Of a DNA stretch of 64,000 nt, positions 41,720 through 50,662 are shown one piece after another. Every line of letters begins with the position of its first letter. Position 1 is the first letter of the stretch. This DNA is from an uncultured Patescibacteria group bacterium (GTDB lineage: Bacteria > Patescibacteriota > Microgenomatia > UBA10105 > UBA927): assembly GCA_937921305.1 (NCBI GenBank), contig CAKZSU010000006.1, forward strand, positions 1,089-65,088, written 5' to 3'. The notes beneath the pieces were generated by a model. That model made no database searches, was not told the origin of the DNA, and saw only the letters and a list, made by a program, of their open reading frames with translations. Made by a program: the position numbers and the translations under genes.

Positions 41720-43169
41720 AATGCCTCCGATGAAATAATTGAATAAACGAACGAATATTCTGATAATCGATTATCCATAATGTCACCATATATAGTCCCA
41801 TTCCTGCGCCCGCTAACGCAAGAAGTCCTAAAAGCGAATGAGGAATGATTGAAAGAAACAAAGCGTAGAAGACGATTTGAGGAAAAATCGCAAGAAGAGG
41901 ACGAGACGCGTTTCTGTAAAAGTCAAACGGAATAATTCGCCGAACCACATGCAAGACAAGAAACACGCTCACCAATGAAATAAGCATAAGCGCAAACGCA
42001 AATCCATGAAATCCGACCAAGAAAATGAATAACACGACAAAAATCCATGTAGAAATAACCCATCCAATCATAAAATAGAGTGTAATATGAATTTTTCCAA
42101 TAGCGTTTAATGAGTTTGTCAGCGGTGTTGAAACGCTCGCGGTAATAGAACCAATACAAAAAAATAAAAACGAAAGAAACGCTCCCTCCCATTTTTGATA
42201 TTTCGGTATTATCTGAACAACTGGTTGGTAAAAAAATATCATCGCTGTGTAAATCGGCAATACACACGCCATGATGCCAAAAACAGTTCTGTTCAACGCG
42301 ACTCGAAGCGCGTGTTGATCGTGTTGAATCCGAGAAAACGCTGGAAACGTCACTTTCGTAATATTATCCATAATCGTTCGAAGAGGAAGTTCTGAAACTT
42401 TTTTTGCAAATGAAATAAGACCAATAATATCAAGCGAAAAGACCCTTCCTAGAAAAAGGATCATGAGATCATCCTTAAGCAACGCGAGAAATGAATTTGA
42501 TTGAAATGGAATGCCGTATTTTATCAATTTTTTCGCGGATTGCGCGGAAATTCCAATCTGAATCATCCACGGAGCAATCAGATACAACGAGACCAAACCA
42601 ATAATTGCCCTTGCCGTTACGCCATACACAAAGCTCATGACACCAAATCCCTTCCACGCAAAGAATACGGTAACAATATTGAACGAGAGAACTTCAAGAA
42701 TTTGTGGAATCACCAATTTTTGAAATTGAAGACCTCGCTCAAGAAGAATCGATGGAATAGTCTTCAATGAAGAAAGAAAAAAAGAAAACAGTAACGCTCT
42801 GAACAACCAAATACCATCATGATCCAACTTATACATATTTGTTATCCAAGGCGTGAGAAAAATTCCAACAGCAATAATTGTTCCGACAAGAAGTTGTTGA
42901 ATCGTAAACGTTGTGGCAAGATCCTCTCGCGTTACCGATTCCTTCTTTTGAATCAAGGCGCCGGCAAGACCAATATCGGAAAAATATGTTAAAAACGCGA
43001 TAAGAGAATTAACAACCCCAAACACGCCCCAATGTTCGCTTGAAAGAAACGCGGCAAAAAAACCAGTTGAAACAATCCCAACGATCTGAATAATAAACGT
43101 TCGTTGAATGAGAATGAATATACTTGTTGTCGATCGACGTTTAACTTCTTCAAGATTAAGTTCAGTCAT
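41712..43169 (-). CDS. Wzx-like flippase (MOP superfamily polysaccharide biosynthesis protein)
   Basis: 485 aa with about 14 TM helices. ...VVNSLIAFLTYFSDIGLAGALIQKKESVTRED... is the classic Wzx 'DxGLxxALIQ' motif. Confidence 0.7.
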   Translation of the reverse strand: MTELNLEEVKRRSTTSIFILIQRTFIIQIVGIVSTGFFAAFLSSEHWGVFGVVNSLIAFLTYFSDIGLAGALIQKKESVTREDLATTFTIQQLLVGTIIAVGIFLTPWITNMYKLDHDGIWLFRALLFSFFLSSLKTIPSILLERGLQFQKLVIPQILEVLSFNIVTVFFAWKGFGVMSFVYGVTARAIIGLVSLYLIAPWMIQIGISAQSAKKLIKYGIPFQSNSFLALLKDDLMILFLGRVFSLDIIGLISFAKKVSELPLRTIMDNITKVTFPAFSRIQHDQHALRVALNRTVFGIMACVLPIYTAMIFFYQPVVQIIPKYQKWEGAFLSFLFFCIGSITASVSTPLTNSLNAIGKIHITLYFMIGWVISTWIFVVLFIFLVGFHGFAFALMLISLVSVFLVLHVVRRIIPFDFYRNASRPLLAIFPQIVFYALFLSIIPHSLLGLLALAGAGMGLYMVTLWIIDYQNIRSFIQLFHRRHYV

Positions 43170-43905
43170 AGCGACGGAGAAGGCGATTCCATGGACGTTC
43201 TCTCAACATGCGAAGCAATCCTTCCAAATCTCTTTGCGCTGTTTTCATAACTCTCACGGTTGATCCCGGATTGTCGATCCATGTTACCGGCTCTTCATAA
43301 ATACGATACCCCGCTTTTTCCGCGATCAGCAATAATTCCGTATCAAAGAACCATTCATTATCTTGAACAAATGGAAGCACCTCTCGAACAACTTGGCGTG
43401 TGACCGCCTTAAATCCGCATTGCGCGTCGGTGAAATGAACCCAAAAGAACAGTTTAATTAACGCAATATATCCTTTTGATGTTATTGTTCGCAGCATTCC
43501 TCGTTTAAAAACACGGCTTCCTTTCGCGTTTCTTGTGCCAATAGCAAAGTCATACCCGCGGAGCAACGAACGAACGAGCGGAGGAAAATGCTTTAAATCA
43601 GTGGACAAATCAACATCCATATACGCGAGAATATCATCGTCAGACTCCATCCATGCTTTTTTAACTGCCCTTCCTCTTCCTTTTTCATCAAGATGATGAT
43701 AGCGAACATGCGGCATTGTTTTACTTAATCGTTTTGCAATCGCTAGGGTGCTATCTGTTGACGCGTTGTCAACTATTGCGATGTTCCAAGAAAAATCTGA
43801 CAACGCGGTTTTCAAGTACTCAGAGATCGTCTTGACACTCTGCTCAAGCTCCGCTTCTTCATTGTACACCGGGATAGCGATGTTAAGAGACGGTTTTTTT
43901 CCCAT
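43162..43905 (-). CDS. GT2 polyprenyl-phosphate sugar synthase (DPM1-like)
   Basis: LNIAIPVYNEEAELEQSV...NIAIVDNASTDSTLAIAKRL...GRGRAVKKAW...LAYMDVDLSTD. Confidence 0.75.
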   Translation of the reverse strand: MGKKPSLNIAIPVYNEEAELEQSVKTISEYLKTALSDFSWNIAIVDNASTDSTLAIAKRLSKTMPHVRYHHLDEKGRGRAVKKAWMESDDDILAYMDVDLSTDLKHFPPLVRSLLRGYDFAIGTRNAKGSRVFKRGMLRTITSKGYIALIKLFFWVHFTDAQCGFKAVTRQVVREVLPFVQDNEWFFDTELLLIAEKAGYRIYEEPVTWIDNPGSTVRVMKTAQRDLEGLLRMLRERPWNRLLRRYD

Positions 43906-45559
43906 AGGAATACACTAATAATAACACGCTCAAAACGCTTATTATATTTCCTATAAATCGAACAGGTGTATCGATAAATCTCATTTCAATTGTGCTAAAT
44001 CCTTCTGGAATGCGAACAATAGCTCTGCTGTTATCAAGACGAATATATTGCTCTTTGCCATTGACCCAATATCGCCATCCAGGGAAATGCGCGTGCTGAA
44101 GAATTATGTCATGTTGTTTTTGACTCATGATTTCAAATTTTTTATATGTTTCTTTATTGATAGCTTGCTTAAATTGATATACCGTACTCTCCGGAATAGG
44201 AAGTTTTATAATTTCCTCGGCGGATTTCGGTTTTGGGATATCTGGCGGCAAATACTCATCGGAAATTTTTGATGCTCTATATCGAAGATCTTCCTGTGTT
44301 TCAAAACTCGCGGGTGATCGATCATACAGATATTGAGGAACGAAAAATTTTTTGTTTACGAAGATATTTCCAATCATAATCATACAACTTATAAGAAAAA
44401 AACCATATCGATATCGATATCGATGAGGAATCGACAAAACCAAAGAAATTGTTAATAACGATATCCCGAATGCCGTATAAGCAAGAAACCGCCATGGATA
44501 TTGAACATAAGAAAATCCAGGAATTAAGATCCATAAAAATTCAGAAAGACTTGTCATAAAAAAAATCGAAAGCAAAACAACTCCCCAGCCGAATACCCCA
44601 ACAAACACCAACTGATTCTTTCGCTTCCACGAATAAAGCAAAGCAAATCCGCTACTCACCATAATAAAAAACGCCAACTTGCCAAGCATAAATGACAGTC
44701 CATCTTCGCATCCAGAGACAGATCCTCCGTACCCCCATGGGGAATACCAAAATTGACGAAGACATACAAAGTGATCGACAACGTTCGCAGTCGGTCCAAT
44801 TTGCTCTGAAACAGAAATAAATCTCATTTCTACGATCGCTGGAAGCCAGAAAAACGCGGAGAGACCTAATCCGAATAATAAACCAATCTTCAAAATGCCA
44901 AAAGGAAGAACCGATTTCTTTTTTATAACTACAACAATAGCAAAAAATACTAAGAAAAAGAGAAAAAACACTACTGTAGTAAATCCAAGAATCGTGTGAG
45001 ACAAGACAACTCCCGCTACGCCGATTGCTCCAAGATATATCCCTATTCTATATCGTCGCTCAATCAGTGTCGCGTATACCGAACCAAACAAAAACGGAAA
45101 GAACACAAGCGTCCATAATTCTCCAATCGCGCCGCGAACATATAATTGCGTCGCATGATACGGCGCATAAACATACACAATAGCAGCAACTAACGCGATC
45201 ACAATTCCAAAAAAACTGGAATAGATCAACACCATTAGTATGGCTGGAAGCACCATACCGATTACCATCATTATTTTTGTCGCAGCAAGGCCAGAGAAGC
45301 CTAATGCGTAGAAAAAACCGCCGACATAATACGGAAGCGGTCCATAAAAATTAAACAGTGGATATCCATAACCATATCCCAAATCAGAAATCCATCGAAC
45401 AGGAAATTGACCATTGAGAAGAGCTCTTCCCATAGAAACAACTCGCGCAACCTGCGTATCATCATGCATAGGGAAAAATCCATCAGAAAGAATAGGTTGA
45501 ACAACTGGCAAGCATAACACAAAAGACAATAAAACAACAAAAAAATATTTAACGATCAT
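43883..45559 (-). CDS. Family-B GT-C-like membrane protein
   Basis: MHDDTQVARVVSMGRALLNGQFPVRWISDLGYGYGYPLFNFYGPLPYY. The track ORF (to 45862) is over-extended into the upstream gene. An internal start MIVKYFFVVLL at about 45559 lies 5-8 bp from the upstream stop. Confidence 0.55.
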   Translation of the reverse strand: MIVKYFFVVLLSFVLCLPVVQPILSDGFFPMHDDTQVARVVSMGRALLNGQFPVRWISDLGYGYGYPLFNFYGPLPYYVGGFFYALGFSGLAATKIMMVIGMVLPAILMVLIYSSFFGIVIALVAAIVYVYAPYHATQLYVRGAIGELWTLVFFPFLFGSVYATLIERRYRIGIYLGAIGVAGVVLSHTILGFTTVVFFLFFLVFFAIVVVIKKKSVLPFGILKIGLLFGLGLSAFFWLPAIVEMRFISVSEQIGPTANVVDHFVCLRQFWYSPWGYGGSVSGCEDGLSFMLGKLAFFIMVSSGFALLYSWKRKNQLVFVGVFGWGVVLLSIFFMTSLSEFLWILIPGFSYVQYPWRFLAYTAFGISLLTISLVLSIPHRYRYRYGFFLISCMIMIGNIFVNKKFFVPQYLYDRSPASFETQEDLRYRASKISDEYLPPDIPKPKSAEEIIKLPIPESTVYQFKQAINKETYKKFEIMSQKQHDIILQHAHFPGWRYWVNGKEQYIRLDNSRAIVRIPEGFSTIEMRFIDTPVRFIGNIISVLSVLLLVYSYGKKTVS

Positions 45560-47078
45560 ATCGTTTCGGTATGAAAAATTTATAACCAAGCAATCCGCCG
45601 TAACACAGCATAAAACAGAGAGACGCGCTATTCGCGACAAATCGCGGAATCGTCTCTCGAAACTCGGCAAATATTTCGTGTTCTCCTTTGAGAACAAAAA
45701 AACGAATAAGACCATTTGGATTATCATAGGAGATCTTTTGCGGCAAACCATTGACCAACACACCCCATCCCGGATAATAAATCGAATTAATCTGAAGCAC
45801 GCTATCTTCTTCCGCAATAACGCGAGCTTTGATCGTTTGAGTAGTGGCAACATCAAACACAATCTTCCCTCGTCCTTGCTGAAAAATCATCCGTTTATAG
45901 GATCGCTCTGAGGGAATTTCTCGCACCCATCGCGGCATATATTCTCCTGAAACAGTTGTAGTTGACTCGTTTGTCGCGTAAAATCCTTCTGGATGATTCA
46001 TATACTCAATAAGGCGAAAAAACGAAAGCGCATGAGCGTAAAAAGAAATAATAACCAAAACAATATATAACATCCGAAACCTGTCTCTCAATACATCAAC
46101 TACCAACGCGATGAAATAAGCTGACAAAAAAATTGAAAGAGAAAACATTCGAAATGGAAATTGAAACAATCGAGCAAATGATTCAATTGACCAGACCCAT
46201 TGGGAAAAAGATGTTAATAAAAACAATAGAAAAATATTACTAAAAAAATAAAAAGATATGTACGATTTTTTTAGGAAAAAGATCAATAGCGATGATAATA
46301 GACCAATCGTTGGGAATAGATACGAGAATCGATTATCAAGAAAAAAACTTTGAGGATTTGAAATTATTTTTGAATCAAATATAACGTATCGTTTCTCATA
46401 TAGCGCAGGAAACCAAAAAAATGTCGCCATACCAATACCTAAACAAAATAACAAAATTCCCTTAATATTTCTTCGCAAAGCAAGAAGCAAAAGAAAAAAA
46501 CAACAGAATATCAATGCCACAGAATTATGACTAATAACAAGGAAAAACACCGCAGGAGCGATCAGCATATACCGTTGTCTTTCAATCGCGTACAACACTA
46601 TCGCCGCGAAAGAAAACGCAAGCACCTCGCCGACAGATCCCCGCTCGTAAAGATCAAATAAAAGATAAGGAGAAACAAGATAACTAACGCTGCCAATAAA
46701 CGCTGAAAATGGAGAAACAAATACCCGAAGCCAAAGATAAACAAAGATTCCAGAAATAATAACTGATCCCCCCATAATGATTTTCACAGCGTCAAGAAAA
46801 GAAAAACCAATACCATGAAGCATCGATCCGATGTACAAATATCCTGGATATAAAAAATTTGAAACAGGATATCCATAGCTATTGTTCAACCTTCCTAAAA
46901 ACCGAACAGGAAATTGTCCTTCTCGAAGACTTTGATAAAACGCCGAAAGACGAATAATCATCCAATCGCCATCGTGTGTCACGGGAAATCCCGAATGAAA
47001 CAATGGAATAAGAGAAGCACATGCGGCAAATATGACCGCAACAAGGAACACGATGTGTGTACGATTATGAATATTCAT
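45549..47078 (-). CDS. Family-B GT-C-like membrane protein
   Basis: THDGDWMIIRLSAFYQSLREGQFPVRFLGRLNNSYGYPVSNFLYPGYLY. The C-terminus has YYPGWGVLVNGLPQKISYDNPNGLIRFFVLKGEHEIFAEFRET. Confidence 0.55.
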   Translation of the reverse strand: MNIHNRTHIVFLVAVIFAACASLIPLFHSGFPVTHDGDWMIIRLSAFYQSLREGQFPVRFLGRLNNSYGYPVSNFLYPGYLYIGSMLHGIGFSFLDAVKIIMGGSVIISGIFVYLWLRVFVSPFSAFIGSVSYLVSPYLLFDLYERGSVGEVLAFSFAAIVLYAIERQRYMLIAPAVFFLVISHNSVALIFCCFFLLLLALRRNIKGILLFCLGIGMATFFWFPALYEKRYVIFDSKIISNPQSFFLDNRFSYLFPTIGLLSSLLIFFLKKSYISFYFFSNIFLLFLLTSFSQWVWSIESFARLFQFPFRMFSLSIFLSAYFIALVVDVLRDRFRMLYIVLVIISFYAHALSFFRLIEYMNHPEGFYATNESTTTVSGEYMPRWVREIPSERSYKRMIFQQGRGKIVFDVATTQTIKARVIAEEDSVLQINSIYYPGWGVLVNGLPQKISYDNPNGLIRFFVLKGEHEIFAEFRETIPRFVANSASLCFMLCYGGLLGYKFFIPKRYDR

Positions 47079-48580
47079 GGGAGGAAATGATGGACAATTG
47101 GTTGAGTAACGCGAAATAATCGAAGTTTCACTGTTGGATTTGTTCCCTTCTGATATTCGCCAATCAATTCAAGCGGCCAATCAGGGGGAGCGCCTTGTGT
47201 TTGATTAAGAATAAGATATGTTGGTCTCTTCAACGCAGATTGAACAATCTCTTGAGGCAATACTTCAGGTAATGGCCATATCCCCTTAATCATAACATTT
47301 GGATTGTTTGCCAAATATATTTCTAACGCGTAAGGAAATAATCCAAATGTTCCCTCTGTATACACTGCGATTGCTCCCTTCTTTGCTTCGCCTCTAAGAA
47401 ATTCAAGGGATTCCTTTACGCCGTATCCAGACGGCCAATCATCGATAAACTGTCCTCTGTCCGCGTACGGGATGGGAGCATACATTGGATTTGTAATAAT
47501 CACATATGAAGCCCACACCGAAGGTAAAAAAACAATCAATGAGAAAAAATTTTTATACCAACGAGATCGAAGAACAGAAAAGATATGATAAAACGAATAC
47601 GCGGCAAGAGGAAGAAGCGGCATAGACATAAATAAAATAAATCGAGGATATAACACTTTTCCAAAATATGCCAATCCAATCAATGGAAGAAAATAATATA
47701 AAAATAATAAAATCATACTTTTCTTTCGAAATGCGAGAGAGAAGAGCGCAAGAAACACAATAGGAATCGTCAAATATCCAATCAACCAGTCAAGCAATCC
47801 TCGAAGGTTTCCAAGAAAAAAAGGATAGAGGAAATAAAAATTCCTAAACGGATGAACAAACACAAAATCCTTCTGCGCGATCATATGAAAAAACGGAGAA
47901 AGACGAAGAATACCATATATAAGTTGAGAAATCACAAGTGATACAAACGCCAACCCGACCCAATGAAGCAATCGCTGTTTCCATCGCTTATGATGGAAAT
48001 CAAAAAGAATCAATATGATAGGCAATAGATACAATGCTATAAATCCAGATGTTTTATTCAACATTCCCGCTCCCAACGACATACCCAACAATAACGCGAC
48101 ATCCAATCGACGATACCGAACCAAAAGAATAGAAAAATAGAGACTCCATATCGCCAACGCTGCGGATAACGAATCATATAACGCAAGACGGTCATACGTA
48201 AGCGAAAAAGGAGAAAGTATATACATGAAAGCGACAATAAGAATGATTTTCTTTGAGCGAAAAAGTTCATAAGAAAGCATTACAAGTCCAACCAATGTTA
48301 ATGCTCCTGCAGATACGGAGACTATCCTACCCGCCAAAAGAGGATCGGCAAATAAACGCAAAGAAACCATCATTATCCACGGGAATAATGGCTGTTTTCC
48401 GTCAGTAAGAGAAATGAAGCGCCAATTCGGATCTTGTCCACCTATTTGCGCCCATCGAATGTAGATTGCCTCGTCGGTAAAAATCGGAAGCGCAGTAAGA
48501 TTAATACTTCTTGTCAGAAAATAGAGAAATAATATCCCAAATCCAATCAAAATCATTTTCCATGTCATTAAAAACTTCAT
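47075..48580 (-). CDS. GT-C-fold glycosyltransferase, PMT_2/GT39-like
   Basis: 501 aa. ...ALPIFTDEAIYIRWAQIG... is a DE-loop after TM1, followed by about 11 TM helices and a C-terminal soluble domain. Confidence 0.5.
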   Translation of the reverse strand: MKFLMTWKMILIGFGILFLYFLTRSINLTALPIFTDEAIYIRWAQIGGQDPNWRFISLTDGKQPLFPWIMMVSLRLFADPLLAGRIVSVSAGALTLVGLVMLSYELFRSKKIILIVAFMYILSPFSLTYDRLALYDSLSAALAIWSLYFSILLVRYRRLDVALLLGMSLGAGMLNKTSGFIALYLLPIILILFDFHHKRWKQRLLHWVGLAFVSLVISQLIYGILRLSPFFHMIAQKDFVFVHPFRNFYFLYPFFLGNLRGLLDWLIGYLTIPIVFLALFSLAFRKKSMILLFLYYFLPLIGLAYFGKVLYPRFILFMSMPLLPLAAYSFYHIFSVLRSRWYKNFFSLIVFLPSVWASYVIITNPMYAPIPYADRGQFIDDWPSGYGVKESLEFLRGEAKKGAIAVYTEGTFGLFPYALEIYLANNPNVMIKGIWPLPEVLPQEIVQSALKRPTYLILNQTQGAPPDWPLELIGEYQKGTNPTVKLRLFRVTQPIVHHFLP

Positions 48581-48737
48581 GATGGATTGTATTATATCCT
48601 AGATACAATGAGTCAGACAAAATTTTTTCTAAAAAAAGAGCAACCATATCAAAGTTGTATAAAAGTCTCTTGAAACTATGGATATTTCGTAAAATCATCG
48701 AATGAATTCGAATGAAAATTTATAAATCATAAAACAT

Positions 48738-49907
48738 CTATGGAAAAAATCTTCTACCATTATTAGCGTAGCTCAAAAACAATACAAACATAACGGAACA
48801 CACTATCAAAGCGACAAATGCATCAAAGAATCGTTGAGGATATATTGCCTGATCACCGATGCCAAAGTATAAAAAAGGAATATACTTAAAAAGAAGAATA
48901 AATCCGACGATACCGATCGTCCAAAATAAACGAGACAGAGGAAGTAACGAAGCAAACGAAAGCATCCATAACCAATACCACGGCAAAAATTCTCTTCTCG
49001 TCAATACCAACAACGACGCAAGAGACATCAATGCAACTGCTTTCTTCGATGACCAACCGATAATAAATAAAGGGAGAAGAATAATAGTCATAAACTTTGT
49101 CGCCACAGACAATGAATAAAAGAGCAACGATGATAAAACATGTCGCTTTAACCACAAAAAATATGAAAGCAACGCAAACATCATCATGACAATGTCATTG
49201 TGTCCACTTACTAATACTTCAATAATCACCAACGGATGAAATGCAAACGAAGCCATCCCGATCAATCGATAAGTATTTTTCGTGATTGTCAGTATCTTGC
49301 CAATCATCCAAATCAAACCGATATATGAACCAATCTGAATAATTTTCATCGTCCACAACAAAAAAAGCATTTTCTCAAAACTCAACAGGTACTGAACTAT
49401 GCTTAAAAAAATCCAGAACGGCGTATACGGACTGTTCACATGCGTCCACCGCATAAATGAAAGCATCGCGTCAATACCTCGAAACGCCAACGGTTTTACT
49501 TCAAATGGGTTAACCCCATACACAAGAATCATCCGTGGATAAAAGATATAATTGAAAATATCGTACGAAAACGCGGCAGAATAAGAACATAAAAGAATAC
49601 CAGCCATGGCGAATACTATACACCACAGATGACGTTCAAAAATCATTCGCTTCCACAACGCAAATAACACACTTCCATACAATCCCATCATGGAAAGTAA
49701 TACCGAGATATATATCCCTGTCGCCAACGGACGTTGATAAAATCCGACATATTGAAATTCTTTCTGAATCGTTTGAACAATCGTTTCTTCAGAAAGCGTT
49801 AAACTCAAATCAATTTGCGTGTAACTGAAAAAAAATAACGCAAGAGCGTTTATAATCGAGAACAATAAAAGAAATAAGAAGACAAATCGTTGACGACGCG
49901 CATTCAT
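48738..49907 (-). CDS. Polytopic membrane protein ('GHND' family, paralog of 11973-13067)
   Basis: 389 aa. It shares ...VSGHNDIVMMMFALLSYFLW... and the overall TM pattern with 11973-13067. Confidence 0.4.
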   Translation of the reverse strand: MNARRQRFVFLFLLLFSIINALALFFFSYTQIDLSLTLSEETIVQTIQKEFQYVGFYQRPLATGIYISVLLSMMGLYGSVLFALWKRMIFERHLWCIVFAMAGILLCSYSAAFSYDIFNYIFYPRMILVYGVNPFEVKPLAFRGIDAMLSFMRWTHVNSPYTPFWIFLSIVQYLLSFEKMLFLLWTMKIIQIGSYIGLIWMIGKILTITKNTYRLIGMASFAFHPLVIIEVLVSGHNDIVMMMFALLSYFLWLKRHVLSSLLFYSLSVATKFMTIILLPLFIIGWSSKKAVALMSLASLLVLTRREFLPWYWLWMLSFASLLPLSRLFWTIGIVGFILLFKYIPFLYFGIGDQAIYPQRFFDAFVALIVCSVMFVLFLSYANNGRRFFP

Positions 49908-49909
49908 GC

Positions 49910-50662
49910 TTATTTATACAACCCTCGCCATGCGTTAAGCCGAATTGCAATAATATCCATAATCCCCTGAAGAGAGTCTTTGATGGGATTGACTCGCCTT
50001 GTCTCAACATAATGCCATTCTACCGGAACTTCCTTTATCTTGTATCCTTTTCTCTTTGCAACAAACAGAATTTCAATATCAAAACCAGCCGTAACCATCG
50101 CGCCGGAGACTTCGTGCCCTTTCCCATATCGCTTTAATGAACGGAATACATCATACGCGACTTCGCGACGAAACGCCTTAAATCCACACTGCGTATCAAT
50201 AATCCCGTGCAATCCAAGAATAATGCTTCGCAACGCCATAAAGCCTCGAGCCATAATCTTTCGTGACAATGGCGCTCCATGACGCTCACCACTTCTTGAG
50301 CCGATAACAACATCGTACCCTTTACCGAAAAATGGAAGCAATTTCCGAATCTCATGAAGCGGCGTTGCCTGATCAAGATCGGAAAATAATACGATATTCC
50401 CTTTTGCCGCAAGCATACCAGTAATAACTGTTGCCGCTTTTCCTTGATGAGGATTAAATATCGCCTGAAATCCTTTGTTTTGATCAACAAAATCGGCAAG
50501 CAACCGTTTTGTCATATCTGTCGATCCATCGTCAACAATAATCACTTCCCATGAAAAGAAAACATGCTGAAGATATCGAACAACCTTATCCAACGTACCT
50601 AATCGTATATTTGTTTCTTCATTGTACGCTGGAATAACAATAGAGATATCACATGGTTTCAT
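49910..50662 (-). CDS. GT2 polyprenyl-phosphate sugar synthase (DPM1-like)
   Basis: ISIVIPAYNEETNI...VIIVDDGSTDMTKRLL...GKAATVITGM...VLFSDLDQATP. Confidence 0.75.
   Translation of the reverse strand: MKPCDISIVIPAYNEETNIRLGTLDKVVRYLQHVFFSWEVIIVDDGSTDMTKRLLADFVDQNKGFQAIFNPHQGKAATVITGMLAAKGNIVLFSDLDQATPLHEIRKLLPFFGKGYDVVIGSRSGERHGAPLSRKIMARGFMALRSIILGLHGIIDTQCGFKAFRREVAYDVFRSLKRYGKGHEVSGAMVTAGFDIEILFVAKRKGYKIKEVPVEWHYVETRRVNPIKDSLQGIMDIIAIRLNAWRGLYK

Noticed and set aside
45549-45862. Apparent 314-bp same-strand overlap between the family-B genes 43883-45862 and 45549-47078, which could be a frameshift or fusion
   Set aside because: An in-frame internal ATG (MIVKYFFVVLL..., at about 45559) gives an N-terminus of the same length as the other family-B paralogs. 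It lies a few bp from the upstream stop. The extension is an ORF-caller artefact, not a pseudogene.
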